A stretch of 64,000 bases of DNA from a virus (taxonomy: Duplodnaviria > Caudoviricetes), in IMG/VR virus record IMGVR_UViG_3300033068_001847, positions 96,001 through 160,000 of that record; one strand, given 5' to 3'. This document shows positions 38,568-48,821 of the stretch, piece after piece. The stretch's first letter is position 1; each line of letters begins with the position of its first letter. A model generated the notes under the pieces. That model was not told the origin of the DNA, ran no database searches, and saw only the letters and a list, made by a program, of their open reading frames with translations. Made by a program: the position numbers and the translations under genes.

Positions 38568-38795
38568 ATGAGTAGCAGTAGCACAAAGTATTACAAAGTG
38601 ATTGTAAAGATTTTCACTGAAGAATTAAGTAAAAAGGGTATGTCCGTAACTAAAGAACGTAAACATGAATTTGTTATTGAAGCTGTCACTGTTGGTGATG
38701 CTGAAACAAAGGCAAATGATTGGATGAAGGGTTCTGTGGACGAATTTGAGGTTTTTTCCGTTACGGAAACTAAAATTGAAGCAGTTGTGAAATAA
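38568..38795 (+). CDS. DUF4494-like protein
   Basis: K..K..FVIEAVTVGDAE...V.ETKI pattern of a Bacteroidota-associated family. Confidence 0.6.
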   Translation: MSSSSTKYYKVIVKIFTEELSKKGMSVTKERKHEFVIEAVTVGDAETKANDWMKGSVDEFEVFSVTETKIEAVVK

Positions 38796-38800
38796 AGTGG

Positions 38801-39286
38801 GTGAAATCAGGTAAAGAGTTAACATTAAAAGTTAAAAACAAAAATTTTAAAGTAAAATATGGTGCAGTAATTAATTATAAATCACCAGTAAGTGTTTATT
38901 TAAAAATTACTTCATGGTTGAGGGTTAAGGATAAAATTTTAAACCTTGACTCTCTTCTTAAGGAGTACAGAATGGAATTAAGAAAATATCTTAAATCCTC
39001 AGAGTTGGTATTGAATCATTTTGATTATAATACAATAATTGATATTGATATATCAGAAACCAGAGTCAAGGTAGATAAGCCAACTTTTTTCCAATTAGAA
39101 TTTAACTTTTATCAAAAAAATAGTAAAAACTTATTACCACTAGTTCAACCAAAAAGAAAAAATATCGAAAACTTAAAACCTGTTATTGAAGAAATAACTG
39201 AAGATATTTTAAATATGGGTTTGTTCAAAACCCATAGTAACTTTGATTATCAATATAGTAAACTAGATGACGGAGAAGGAAATTGA
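38801..39286 (+). CDS. Hypothetical protein
   Basis: 161-aa ORF, GTG start. Confidence 0.6.
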   Translation: MKSGKELTLKVKNKNFKVKYGAVINYKSPVSVYLKITSWLRVKDKILNLDSLLKEYRMELRKYLKSSELVLNHFDYNTIIDIDISETRVKVDKPTFFQLEFNFYQKNSKNLLPLVQPKRKNIENLKPVIEEITEDILNMGLFKTHSNFDYQYSKLDDGEGN

Positions 39287-39288
39287 AG

Positions 39289-39318
39289 AAAGGTAAGATT
39301 AACTCTTACCTTTTTTTT
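39289..39318 (+). terminator. Intrinsic (possibly bidirectional) terminator
   Basis: aaaggtaaga/tcttaccttt plus T-run between convergent genes. Confidence 0.7.
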
Positions 39319-40075
39319 ATGATGTAAAATCTTTTTGTAAATTGATGAGATCAACGTAGTCTGTGATTCTAAGCTCAGAATTGTATTTTAATTTATTTAA
39401 TTTTTCTTCAGTAAGAACGAGTAAATTCTCTAATGACTCATCTTCGCTTTCAGCTAATAAACGTTTAACTAGTTTCTTAGTCTCAGAAATTAATTCATTA
39501 TAATGTTCTTTTTTACTGGATTCATCTTTCTTTAGGAAAGCTTTTAATATACCTTGTTCTCTTTCATTAAAAAAAGAATATTTTTCATTTAAGATTTCAA
39601 TAGCTCTGTTAACAACAGTAACATCTACTTTTTTAACTTCTTCCTTGATAACTTCTTCTTTAACTAAAGTAGAAGCTACGGTATTAAATAATTCAGCTTT
39701 TTTATGTAAGTTACTTAACTTCCTATCTTTAGTGGATTCTAAAATTAATTCAAACAATTTATCCTCAACCACTTCACCCGTATGTTCTTTTAGAGTTGAT
39801 TTAATTTCGTTAGTTGCTGAAATAATATCTTTTTTACTGAACGAACCAAATGAAAATAAATTCTCATTTAAAAAGATTTCAGCAGTATCCTTATCTGTAA
39901 ACGTAGTATTTTCCACGTTACTGTACACTGCATATAATGTTTTTAAAATAGGTGATTTCTTTACCTCATTCAAAAAACCTTTATATACAGATGTCAATTG
40001 TTGATCACCAGTGTTATAACTTTCGAAAATAATACGGGTAACTGAATCTTTTATAGTTTTAAAATTGTTTTCCAT
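39317..40075 (-). CDS. Hypothetical head-module protein
   Basis: 252 aa, helical, downstream of portal; late motif 40080-87. Confidence 0.55.
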   Translation of the reverse strand: MENNFKTIKDSVTRIIFESYNTGDQQLTSVYKGFLNEVKKSPILKTLYAVYSNVENTTFTDKDTAEIFLNENLFSFGSFSKKDIISATNEIKSTLKEHTGEVVEDKLFELILESTKDRKLSNLHKKAELFNTVASTLVKEEVIKEEVKKVDVTVVNRAIEILNEKYSFFNEREQGILKAFLKKDESSKKEHYNELISETKKLVKRLLAESEDESLENLLVLTEEKLNKLKYNSELRITDYVDLINLQKDFTS

Positions 40076-40089
40076 TCCTTATAAATATC

Positions 40090-41889
40090 TTACTCTTTTA
40101 ATAGTTTATTAACATTATCTATATTTTTGTTAATATTTTCACTTAATAAAGTATTTCTTTCCTGTAAATTTCCCCCATCTGCTGGTATATCTGGTAAATC
40201 ACCACCAGCAGCACCCATATCAGGCATAGCAGATCCACCCATTGGAGTAGGAGGTAAACCATTTGGATCAGCTTCACCACCTTCAGGATTTTCTAAACTA
40301 TTGTTTGCGTTGTTCTCAGTGTTATCTGTATACCTTTTATCTAAATTATCAAAGATTCCGCTATTTATATTTTTGGAAGCCAACACTTCTGGAGTGTTAC
40401 GTATTGCTTCGGCTCTTTCTATTCGTTGTTGTTGTAATGTTAATTTAATTTCATCATCAGATTTACCAAGAATTTGTTTTGAAGCTTCAGTGAATGACAT
40501 TGGAGCAAAACCACCATCACCAATAGGGGTAACAGCTTTGATAAATGTATCTAATTTAACACCTAAAATTTCTAACTTAAGCATTTCTGCTTGTGATGAC
40601 GGATTAGCTAATGCTAAACTGAAGTTCATAACCTCATCTTCGAATCCTAATAAATACAAGTGAATGATAGCAATTTTATTAAGCTCCATTAACATAGCTT
40701 GTTGGATTCTGTTAATTGTTCTAGCAAATCTAACATCCTGCATCGAAAGGTTTTTACCATCACCAGCAGCTTCACTAAATCCTAAAAAAGTTTTAGGTAC
40801 ACGTAAACCAGAGAATAGTTTATTTTGTAAGTGCTCGATATCACCAATCTCAGATAAGTTTGAAGCTCCCTGTAAGGTATCAATTACAGTACCATTTTGT
40901 TGATTTCTAATAGGAAGGAAATAATCCTCATCCTGAGTCAACATATTATACCTAAAATCTAATTGACCATTTATTTGATTTACTTGTGAAGTTTTCTTGA
41001 ATTTATTTGCAATCTTCTGTACGTAATTCTCAACATCATCAGGATCTATATTACCCACATCAATTTTGAATACTCTTCGTTCAGGTGCTCTTGAAATACG
41101 ATAAACCATCATTGCATCTTCTGCAAGGGATAACATCTTCCAAATTTTTCTAACACAATCTAAAACCGATGTACCGTATGGTAATTTTTTATCATCACCA
41201 ATTAACCTAAAGTGAGCAATTTGCCATTCACTGAAAGTTTCATTACTTTGTTTCCATTCAAATTTTACGTGATCAGTTTCATTCTTGTTATCAATATTCT
41301 TAACATTATTAAAGTAATTACCTTCAATTCTATTAATTTCAAGGTTCTTCATTTGAACAGCCTTGGTAATACCTTTTCCTTCTTCAGTTCTTAAATAAAC
41401 GAAGTTATCACCATATTTACACACATTACGTGTCCAAGCTGGTAGTGTAACATTGATTTGAAGGATATTATTGAATAGGTGTTCTAGTATATTTTTTATT
41501 CTCTCAGAACTTGATCGGATTTCCAACATCTTACCTGAATCAAATAAACAGGTAGATTCCTCTGCCATAATATTTAATGCAGCAGCGATCTCTGGATAGA
41601 ATTCCATTTGTTCATAATCAATATATGAAGCCATTCTAGTGGATTCATAATATACTGATTTTTGATAAGCATCATTACTTATCTTTTTGTATTGATCGCC
41701 CTGAAATTTTTGTTGTTGTCTTTTTAATAACTCAGCTTCATATTCCTCTCTACTTGTGAATACACTATTAGCGGGTTGCTGAGGTTCTAATAACCCATCA
41801 ATATCAGATTTCTCTAAAGCCATTGGATTTACCGCACCGCCTAAGATCTTACCTAATTTGTTCCAAGTACTTTGTTTTTTATCAGCCAT
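40090..41889 (-). CDS. Portal protein (T4 gp20-like)
   Basis: LAEDAMMVYRISRAPERRVFKIDVGN, EDYFLP, LRVPKTFL, DVRFARTINRIQ. Confidence 0.95.
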   Translation of the reverse strand: MADKKQSTWNKLGKILGGAVNPMALEKSDIDGLLEPQQPANSVFTSREEYEAELLKRQQQKFQGDQYKKISNDAYQKSVYYESTRMASYIDYEQMEFYPEIAAALNIMAEESTCLFDSGKMLEIRSSSERIKNILEHLFNNILQINVTLPAWTRNVCKYGDNFVYLRTEEGKGITKAVQMKNLEINRIEGNYFNNVKNIDNKNETDHVKFEWKQSNETFSEWQIAHFRLIGDDKKLPYGTSVLDCVRKIWKMLSLAEDAMMVYRISRAPERRVFKIDVGNIDPDDVENYVQKIANKFKKTSQVNQINGQLDFRYNMLTQDEDYFLPIRNQQNGTVIDTLQGASNLSEIGDIEHLQNKLFSGLRVPKTFLGFSEAAGDGKNLSMQDVRFARTINRIQQAMLMELNKIAIIHLYLLGFEDEVMNFSLALANPSSQAEMLKLEILGVKLDTFIKAVTPIGDGGFAPMSFTEASKQILGKSDDEIKLTLQQQRIERAEAIRNTPEVLASKNINSGIFDNLDKRYTDNTENNANNSLENPEGGEADPNGLPPTPMGGSAMPDMGAAGGDLPDIPADGGNLQERNTLLSENINKNIDNVNKLLKE

Positions 41890-41937
41890 TTATAACCAAA
41901 AAATTAATATATTTAATCTCACTTATAAATAGTATCG

Positions 41938-43605
41938 TTATTTAAATAACCAAGAATTATCATTTAATTCATTAGGATTTACTGGACTAACACCAAAATT
42001 AGGTCTAGTAGTACCCTGAACACCCCATGCATTTAGCATTGCTAATGTTTGGGCATTGAATCTCTTTACATTTCTAAATGAGTTATGAAAAACAAATAGT
42101 AACATTGCTACAGCAATTAATAAATCATCATGATATCCTCTCATGTGATCTGCTTTACCGTTGATCCATACAAATGTTCTAAGTTCTTCGATTAATCGTT
42201 TACTTCTTATTTTAATGTGTCCTTCCCTTATAGCTAATTCTAAAGCTTGAATAGCTAATGTTCTGTTCGGACCAATAATAAATCCGGGAATTAAAGTATC
42301 AGATTTCTTATATTTACTCATCTGACTTTTAAGAACATTATTCTTATTTGAATCTGAATAAAATAAGTATGGATAATTTAAGTCACATAGTTTGATTACA
42401 GTAGCTTGACCCATACCACCTGTAATATCGACAATAGCTAAAGCCTGATATTTAAGTCCGATTTCATTAATCATTACACCTAACATATCAGGAGGTACTT
42501 TACCATGCCATTCCGCAGCTTGCTCTCCTGTATCAACATTGAAAATTTCAATACTAGAAAAGTCATCACTATCACCACGAGAAACATCCGCAGCTAAAAG
42601 ATACTGTTGATTCTCTTGTGGTTCTTCCCATGTCCATAAATTATTATCAAAGAAACCACTACTCTTAGGTAGACATGTTAATGCTTCCTGTACTTTTATA
42701 TATTCTTCACCAAATACGTTATCACCAGATCCTAGGAACGAACAATTTAACTCTTGTGCTATTTTACGTTGATCACCATTATAAGTACGACACATTTTAA
42801 CATACCATGCTGATGATGGCATATAACCCTCTTTGATCAATCTTTTAACGTCAGCAAAGTCCCATGTACCGTTATCTAATTTTTTAGGTATAATTGTTTG
42901 GTCACCGAATTTTAAAGTCAGATCTTTATTGAATCGTGGATCTTGCCACCAGTTCATTTCAAAAATCTTAAAGTCATTATCGTTTTTTAACGAAGCTTGA
43001 TATGTCTTATAATATAAAGCATCTAAACCATTCGGTGTAGAAATGAAGATAGCACCACCCCCTGTTGATAATGATGCAGCAGCCGAAGTCCAAAGCTCAT
43101 CACCTTTCTCGATAAAGGCTGCTTCATCCATCACTAATAGGGTAGGGGTATAACCCCGCATAGCATCTTCGGAAGTTGCAGTAGCCTTAGCTCCAGATTT
43201 ATTTGTTAATTCGAATTCACTAATGTTATTAGTGTCACCATAATCAATATCTAACCAAGCTGGTCTTGAATCAATGTAACTCCTAATTTTTTTAATAAAT
43301 TCATTGGCAGTGCTTAACTTATTCGCAACAATAAGAATCTTCTGTGGTGATTCTGCTGGTGCAAACATGATTTTATGTGCACAAAAAAGAGCAGTAACAG
43401 TAGATACTCCAGCCTGACGAGGTTTAAGAACTACACTAAAAAGATGTTTTTTATAGTGAGCAAGTAAATCCTTTTGTTTAGGAAATACCTTTAACGGAAC
43501 TTTTTTCTTTTGAGTTTGATCGAATGCTTCACAATATTTCTCACCGTAATAAGCTATATCGGAAAGACATTTTGCAAACTCTTGTAATACTTCTACTTTA
43601 GTCAA
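41938..43605 (-). CDS. Terminase large subunit (T4 gp17-like)
   Basis: KPRQAGVST Walker A, MDEAAF Walker B, STPNG, ADVSRG..D, HDDL; TTG start. Confidence 0.95.
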   Translation of the reverse strand: MTKVEVLQEFAKCLSDIAYYGEKYCEAFDQTQKKKVPLKVFPKQKDLLAHYKKHLFSVVLKPRQAGVSTVTALFCAHKIMFAPAESPQKILIVANKLSTANEFIKKIRSYIDSRPAWLDIDYGDTNNISEFELTNKSGAKATATSEDAMRGYTPTLLVMDEAAFIEKGDELWTSAAASLSTGGGAIFISTPNGLDALYYKTYQASLKNDNDFKIFEMNWWQDPRFNKDLTLKFGDQTIIPKKLDNGTWDFADVKRLIKEGYMPSSAWYVKMCRTYNGDQRKIAQELNCSFLGSGDNVFGEEYIKVQEALTCLPKSSGFFDNNLWTWEEPQENQQYLLAADVSRGDSDDFSSIEIFNVDTGEQAAEWHGKVPPDMLGVMINEIGLKYQALAIVDITGGMGQATVIKLCDLNYPYLFYSDSNKNNVLKSQMSKYKKSDTLIPGFIIGPNRTLAIQALELAIREGHIKIRSKRLIEELRTFVWINGKADHMRGYHDDLLIAVAMLLFVFHNSFRNVKRFNAQTLAMLNAWGVQGTTRPNFGVSPVNPNELNDNSWLFK

Positions 43606-43611
43606 AACATT

Positions 43612-44532
43612 TTATTCACCACCTTCACCACTACCAGAACCATCAGGTTCTACTATTAGTGTATTATCTTCTTTAGAAGCATTTGTTTGATCAGGGAAAT
43701 TTCTAAATCCTGATACATTTTTATAATATTTTTTAGTAAGCTTACCCATATCTTTATATCTACCAGAAGCAGCTTCTTTAACAAATAAATAAGCATTATC
43801 ACCCTCGAATACCTTATCTACTTTTTCTTTATCTTTAATAGAATAAACATATTCCATGATATCTTCTATCTTACTTTTTTCCTTGGTAACATAAACATTT
43901 AGTTTTTTACCTTCGAATTTGTGTTTGTAAGTTATAGGTTGTTCTTCACTCAATTTTTCATCAATCAAGGATACATTCAACCCCTTATCAGTGAGTTTTT
44001 TGATATCATTAGGGTTGGTTTTCTTATCAAGAACTACATTTCCTTCTTTATCATCAAATGCAGACATTTCTTCTTTAATCAATTGCTCTCTTAATTTTGA
44101 ATATTGTTCCTCAGTAATTTTAATTTTATTCATTTGTTTTATTTGTTTTTTATATATTTCAGATAATTGTTCAATTTGATTAGTTGAAAATACTGCAACA
44201 ATCGTTGGGTTAGTAACAGTAGTATTTCCAAATTTCATCGGACCACCCTTAACTAATAAAGAATCATGTCCCTTACTGATTAACTGATGTTTCCAGTTTA
44301 TGAACCATTGATCATCTTTTGCATGTATACCCCTAATATCATCCCACTGCTCTGGAGATATTATTTTCGGATTATTTATTGTTATATTTACACGTTTGAT
44401 ATAATTACCAAACATTTCAGCGAATTCTTCACTATCACTAAACCAGATTCCAAACTTCCCCCACTTTTTTGATTTTTCTAAATTAAAATCAGCAATTTCT
44501 TCCTCACTACCGTGAAATAAATTAAGCTTCAT
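43612..44532 (-). CDS. Late protein: N-terminal ART-like domain joined to a 'IKITEEQY' protein
   Basis: LFHGS...F...GIWFSD...A..F; internal MNKIKITEEQY at 44133. Confidence 0.55.
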   Translation of the reverse strand: MKLNLFHGSEEEIADFNLEKSKKWGKFGIWFSDSEEFAEMFGNYIKRVNITINNPKIISPEQWDDIRGIHAKDDQWFINWKHQLISKGHDSLLVKGGPMKFGNTTVTNPTIVAVFSTNQIEQLSEIYKKQIKQMNKIKITEEQYSKLREQLIKEEMSAFDDKEGNVVLDKKTNPNDIKKLTDKGLNVSLIDEKLSEEQPITYKHKFEGKKLNVYVTKEKSKIEDIMEYVYSIKDKEKVDKVFEGDNAYLFVKEAASGRYKDMGKLTKKYYKNVSGFRNFPDQTNASKEDNTLIVEPDGSGSGEGGE

Positions 44533-44920
44533 ATTCCATTTTAATTTTTCTAAGTTTTAATTTATCTTCAATAGCTTTGATACTTTCTCCGAAGTGAAAA
44601 ACCAATCTTGGAAAATTATTAAAATCCTCATCAATGATCTCATACCCTAATGGAATAATATTATCTTTCGCATCCGCTAAACTAAAATATTGGGATTCAT
44701 GAGCAACTTCTAAATTATAATCTCTGCATTTAATTAAACCTACTTTATGAATACATTGTTCATCAGGTGGATATGAATAACCATCAGCAGGAGAGATTTC
44801 CCAATTATCACCCCAAACATCATCAAGATCAATTGAATCATTACAAAAAATAAATTCATAACTAGTATCACCTTTATAATTTGTACCTAATCTGTTTATA
44901 TATATTAGTTTAAAATCCAT
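44522..44920 (-). CDS. Hypothetical late protein
   Basis: 132-aa ORF; late motif 44933-39. Confidence 0.6.
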   Translation of the reverse strand: MDFKLIYINRLGTNYKGDTSYEFIFCNDSIDLDDVWGDNWEISPADGYSYPPDEQCIHKVGLIKCRDYNLEVAHESQYFSLADAKDNIIPLGYEIIDEDFNNFPRLVFHFGESIKAIEDKLKLRKIKMEYEA

Positions 44921-44949
44921 AAACCTTTTTTCATAAATACACTTAAACT

Positions 44950-44983
44950 AAAAAAAGGCATTCAGAATAAACCAAATGCCTTT
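44950..44983 (-). terminator. Intrinsic terminator
   Basis: aaaggcatt/aatgccttt stem plus A7 run. Confidence 0.55.
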
Positions 44984-45003
44984 AAAATATATTGATAATT
45001 AAA

Positions 45004-46251
45004 TTAGATTAATTTTTTAATCATATCTTCAACTCTCTTTAAACCCTCATTAATAGGTTCATGAGCAGTTAAAGTTTGAAACTTATTAAATGTAGCTTCA
45101 CTTACATTAAATTTAAATTTCTTATCACCATTAGTTAAAACTAAATTACCTTTATTAGTACCTTCGATTAAGATATTATTGTATTGAATTTTATTTTCTT
45201 CAGCGATTAAAGCTGTTTTATCTATCTTATCGAAAAATTCATTGATCTTTAAATCATCTTGCTGATCAAAATCATGTGGATTTTTAAACTGTGATGTTGG
45301 TTTATCAAGAGGTGTTATAATCTCATCCATTGGGATACTAATTTCATCCATCTCTGATTTTTCTTTCTGTCCACCACGTTTGATTCTACGAGCAAGTACT
45401 AGTCTTTCTTCAGCAGGAAGAAAGTTTAATGGTAAAGCTGAAATAATTGAATTCATAATAGATTTAATCTTATCTGGATTCATTTCTTCTTGACCTGCAT
45501 TTCTAATTTCTGCTGTTAACTTACCTACAAAATGATCAATCCCTTCACCAGCAGGATCACCAGCAGGATCTTCTAAATCTGAATCATCATCCGCTAAACC
45601 TTCATCACCTTGAGGTGCAGGAGCATCTAATGGAGCTTCACCACCCATTTCTGGTTCAGGTTCTGGAGCAGGTGCAGCAGGTTCTGCTTGTGGCTCTGGA
45701 GCAGGCTCAGGCATTGGTGCTGGTGCAGCATCTTGACTAGGTGCAGCAGGAGCAGGTTGATCCATAGGAACTTCACCACCTTCACCCGGAGCAGGAGGAA
45801 TACCTTCACTACCATCATTTATATCTTTTGCGAAACGCTCTTCAATTTTTTCAGCATCTTCATCTTTTTCTTCAGATTCATCTCCCTTATCTTCAGAATC
45901 TTCTGCTTTATCCTCGTCTTTCTTTTCGAAGTTCCATGATTCATTTAAAGTAATCATCATCATGTTTAAGTTTTTTAATGCTTCAGCATATGAATCATAT
46001 TTAAATTTACCAATCTTATTTTTAAGACCACCGATATAATCAATTGTACTTTCGTTAATCACATCAGATTTTGTAGTTTTAATATAATACGAACCTTCTT
46101 CTTTAACAATTACATAATTAACGTTATCAATCCCTTTGGTACTTTCAATAATAGTAGTTGGTGTACCTACTTTTGGTTCACTAGTTTTAATGCCTGATAT
46201 TTCACGCATTCTTTGTAATTTATCTTCAAACGTTTGTGTATTTTTTTTCAT
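45004..46251 (-). CDS. Acidic Pro/Ala-rich late protein (possible prohead core / internal protein)
   Basis: 415 aa; PAP/EPE low-complexity linker; composition resembles the scaffold. Confidence 0.55.
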   Translation of the reverse strand: MKKNTQTFEDKLQRMREISGIKTSEPKVGTPTTIIESTKGIDNVNYVIVKEEGSYYIKTTKSDVINESTIDYIGGLKNKIGKFKYDSYAEALKNLNMMMITLNESWNFEKKDEDKAEDSEDKGDESEEKDEDAEKIEERFAKDINDGSEGIPPAPGEGGEVPMDQPAPAAPSQDAAPAPMPEPAPEPQAEPAAPAPEPEPEMGGEAPLDAPAPQGDEGLADDDSDLEDPAGDPAGEGIDHFVGKLTAEIRNAGQEEMNPDKIKSIMNSIISALPLNFLPAEERLVLARRIKRGGQKEKSEMDEISIPMDEIITPLDKPTSQFKNPHDFDQQDDLKINEFFDKIDKTALIAEENKIQYNNILIEGTNKGNLVLTNGDKKFKFNVSEATFNKFQTLTAHEPINEGLKRVEDMIKKLI

Positions 46252-46268
46252 TCTTATTTATTTTATAA

Positions 46269-46508
46269 TTAGGTATTTACTAATGAGTCTTTTAACATAT
46301 GTATAATAGATGTTAAAGTGGCTTTTTCTTTTTCATTATCAGGATTAACATTAGATAGAATATCCTCTAAAAAGTGTATTTCATCCTGAGAAAGGAATAT
46401 CTTCACTTTAGCTCTAGCAGTCATATTCATGTACCCACCTTCCTGAAGTTCCTTTTCAATCATTTTCTTAAGATCTTCTTGATGAAGTCTATATACTGTT
46501 TGTTCCAT
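46269..46508 (-). CDS. Small late protein
   Basis: 79 aa; late motif 46523-29. Confidence 0.55.
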   Translation of the reverse strand: MEQTVYRLHQEDLKKMIEKELQEGGYMNMTARAKVKIFLSQDEIHFLEDILSNVNPDNEKEKATLTSIIHMLKDSLVNT

Positions 46509-46554
46509 TAAATATTTTATTAATAAATAGTTTTGATAGTGAAATATGTTATCA

Positions 46555-47049
46555 TTATTTCTTATTTTTTATTGAATGCTCCAATAATTTTATTAATTTT
46601 TGTTTACTTGGCATACCACTACTCATGAATATCTTCCACTCATTATCAGTAATCACTGATAAATAAATTTTATTTTTAGTAGCTTCGTTTAAATGTTTTC
46701 TATCCTTTATTCTATTCTTGGGTTTATTATGCCAGTATTCTCCATTATATTCAATAATTAAATTCAATTCAGGGGAATAAAAATCATAATGATGTTCATA
46801 TCCATTTATTTTCCATTGTGATTCTAATTTAGGAAAGAAGCTTCTTAACATATCTCCAAACACTTTTTCTTCTTTTGAACTTTTGGGAATCCTATTGTTA
46901 ACTCTCTTAGCAACTTTTCTTTGAGAGCTTATACTGTAAGCTAAAGCACAATCTTTAGAACAAAATTTAGGTTGGAATTTATCAGTCCTTTGTTTTAACG
47001 TTAGTTTTTTCTTAAAGGCTTTAGAGCAGGTTTTACATGTACATTGCAT
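46555..47049 (-). CDS. Zn-finger plus Vsr/DUF559-like endonuclease (putative homing endonuclease)
   Basis: CKTC...FCSKDC; SKEE, YDFY, IIEYNGEYWH. Confidence 0.7.
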   Translation of the reverse strand: MQCTCKTCSKAFKKKLTLKQRTDKFQPKFCSKDCALAYSISSQRKVAKRVNNRIPKSSKEEKVFGDMLRSFFPKLESQWKINGYEHHYDFYSPELNLIIEYNGEYWHNKPKNRIKDRKHLNEATKNKIYLSVITDNEWKIFMSSGMPSKQKLIKLLEHSIKNKK

Positions 47050-47132
47050 TATTACAATATCATTTATACCTATAAATAGCCTTTTATATATTTTTCACTT
47101 GATTTTTTTAGCTTCTACAATATATTAGCATA

Positions 47133-47675
47133 ATGATTAAAAAGAACATAATAACTACAGTATTATTATCAATAATTTGTAGTATGATAAACGTTGCCTA
47201 TTGTCAGAAAAAAGATAGTATTAAACCTGAGATCTCAATTAGAGATCATGTATTTAACGAAACTGGAGTAAATATTCCTACAAAAATGTCTAGTCAACAT
47301 GTACGGATAATGTATAATGAATCATTAAAACACGGAATACCACTAAGTATTTTAGTAAAACTTATAAAAGTTGAATCTAATTTTTCTCCTGTGGCTAAAA
47401 ATGATAGTGGTGCGAGAGGATATATGCAATTGATGCCATCAACGTATAATAAATACAGTAAAATATTAAAACTTGAAAAAACACAAAGTAATAATATAAT
47501 AGTTGGTTCTTTTTATCTTAAAGAAATGTACAACTTATGGAATAAGAAAATATATGATGAACGTACAAAGTGGAGATTAGCATTAGCAGCGTATAATGCA
47601 GGTGAAGTAAGAGTATTGAAATATAATAAAGTACCAGTATATACAAAAAAGTTTGTTAATTCAATTTTAAAATAA
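47133..47675 (+). CDS. Lytic transglycosylase (SLT domain) with signal-like N-terminus
   Basis: VESNF, GARGYMQLMP, ALAAYNAG. Confidence 0.9.
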   Translation: MIKKNIITTVLLSIICSMINVAYCQKKDSIKPEISIRDHVFNETGVNIPTKMSSQHVRIMYNESLKHGIPLSILVKLIKVESNFSPVAKNDSGARGYMQLMPSTYNKYSKILKLEKTQSNNIIVGSFYLKEMYNLWNKKIYDERTKWRLALAAYNAGEVRVLKYNKVPVYTKKFVNSILK

Positions 47676-47676
47676 T

Positions 47677-48072
47677 ATGTGTGAAAGATTAAAAGCCTTA
47701 AAAGGTATAAGTAATGAAGAGTTTGTTAAAATTGACAACACAAACTTCAAGAGTGATGAATCAGATGCGTTAGTAGTAACTCAGGAAGAAATAAATGAAT
47801 TATTAGTTACTAGAATTAACGAAGAAATACCATTTATTAGTAATTTATTATTAAGGGTATTTCTACCTGAACGTTTTAATAATGATTTAATTCTTACTGA
47901 AATTAAAGAACTTGCAAAGTATGATCATACATTACTTTCCAATCTAATTAATGATAAAGAATTATTTTATACAACAATATTATCTTATAATTCATCAATT
48001 AGTGATTGGATTTTAGATGGGTCAGAAATAACAAAAAACGGAAATTATTTCGTTTTTATAAGAGAAAAATAA
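47677..48072 (+). CDS. Hypothetical protein
   Basis: 131-aa ORF. Confidence 0.55.
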   Translation: MCERLKALKGISNEEFVKIDNTNFKSDESDALVVTQEEINELLVTRINEEIPFISNLLLRVFLPERFNNDLILTEIKELAKYDHTLLSNLINDKELFYTTILSYNSSISDWILDGSEITKNGNYFVFIREK

Positions 48073-48098
48073 ATATAAATTTAAATAAATTAAACAAC

Positions 48099-48401
48099 AT
48101 GGATAACAAAGAATTCTTAGAAAAAGTAGAACAATTATTCTCACCAGAACAATGGTACAATGAAGATTATGAAGATGATGAGGAAACAGCTAAGATCATT
48201 GAAGAATTAGGTGAACCTAATGAAGTAGATCATTATGGTGGAGAAGGTCGAGGTGATAGCTATCATGTAGTGGTACACTTTCCTAAAGTTGATAAATATG
48301 TGAGAGCAGAAGCTTATTACAGTTCAGGAAATGGAGTATCTGATTGGGAAAATTGGTTTGTGGTAACTAAACAAGAAAGAGTAATAACAGTATACGAATA
48401 A
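48099..48401 (+). CDS. Hypothetical phage protein (YGGEG motif)
   Basis: Probable start ATG 48099; YGGEGRGD...YYSSGNG. Confidence 0.6.
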   Translation: MDNKEFLEKVEQLFSPEQWYNEDYEDDEETAKIIEELGEPNEVDHYGGEGRGDSYHVVVHFPKVDKYVRAEAYYSSGNGVSDWENWFVVTKQERVITVYE

Positions 48402-48407
48402 ATAAAA

Positions 48408-48821
48408 ATGGAAGAGAATAAGTTTTTAATGTATATATCAGAAATTGGTTTATCACCACAAAGATGGTATGAATGGGGAAGTAACATTCCCTTGAGTATA
48501 CCAGAAGAAGGAGTGAAAGTTAAGGAAATAAATAACTTAAAGAAAAAGTATAGCAATGATGCTAATATCCTACAGAAGCTAGATGAGGTGAATAATTTAA
48601 TAGTTGATAGTATAGTATTTAAAACATTTACTGTTCATGAGATTAGTAGAGCAAATAATGACTACGGTGATGTAGTATTGATGTTATATATTCCTGAGTT
48701 TGGTTATTTATTAAAAGCTACAGGTTGTAGTAATTCATATAACATCAAAGGTGATTCCCATGAATGGGACGGATGGTATATTACTGAAACGTCTAACGGT
48801 CTAAAAATCAAATATGATTAA
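48408..48821 (+). CDS. Hypothetical protein
   Basis: 137-aa ORF. Confidence 0.55.
   Translation: MEENKFLMYISEIGLSPQRWYEWGSNIPLSIPEEGVKVKEINNLKKKYSNDANILQKLDEVNNLIVDSIVFKTFTVHEISRANNDYGDVVLMLYIPEFGYLLKATGCSNSYNIKGDSHEWDGWYITETSNGLKIKYD

Noticed and set aside
45560-45800. Repetitive GCAGG/CAGG-rich DNA
   Set aside because: Explained by the Pro/Ala-rich linker of the 415-aa protein; not an independent repeat element.
7005-47078. Plus-strand TATAAATA read as T4-type late promoters
   Set aside because: They point away from the adjacent late genes, and plus-strand late genes carry the opposite orientation, so TATTTAT is the functional sense.
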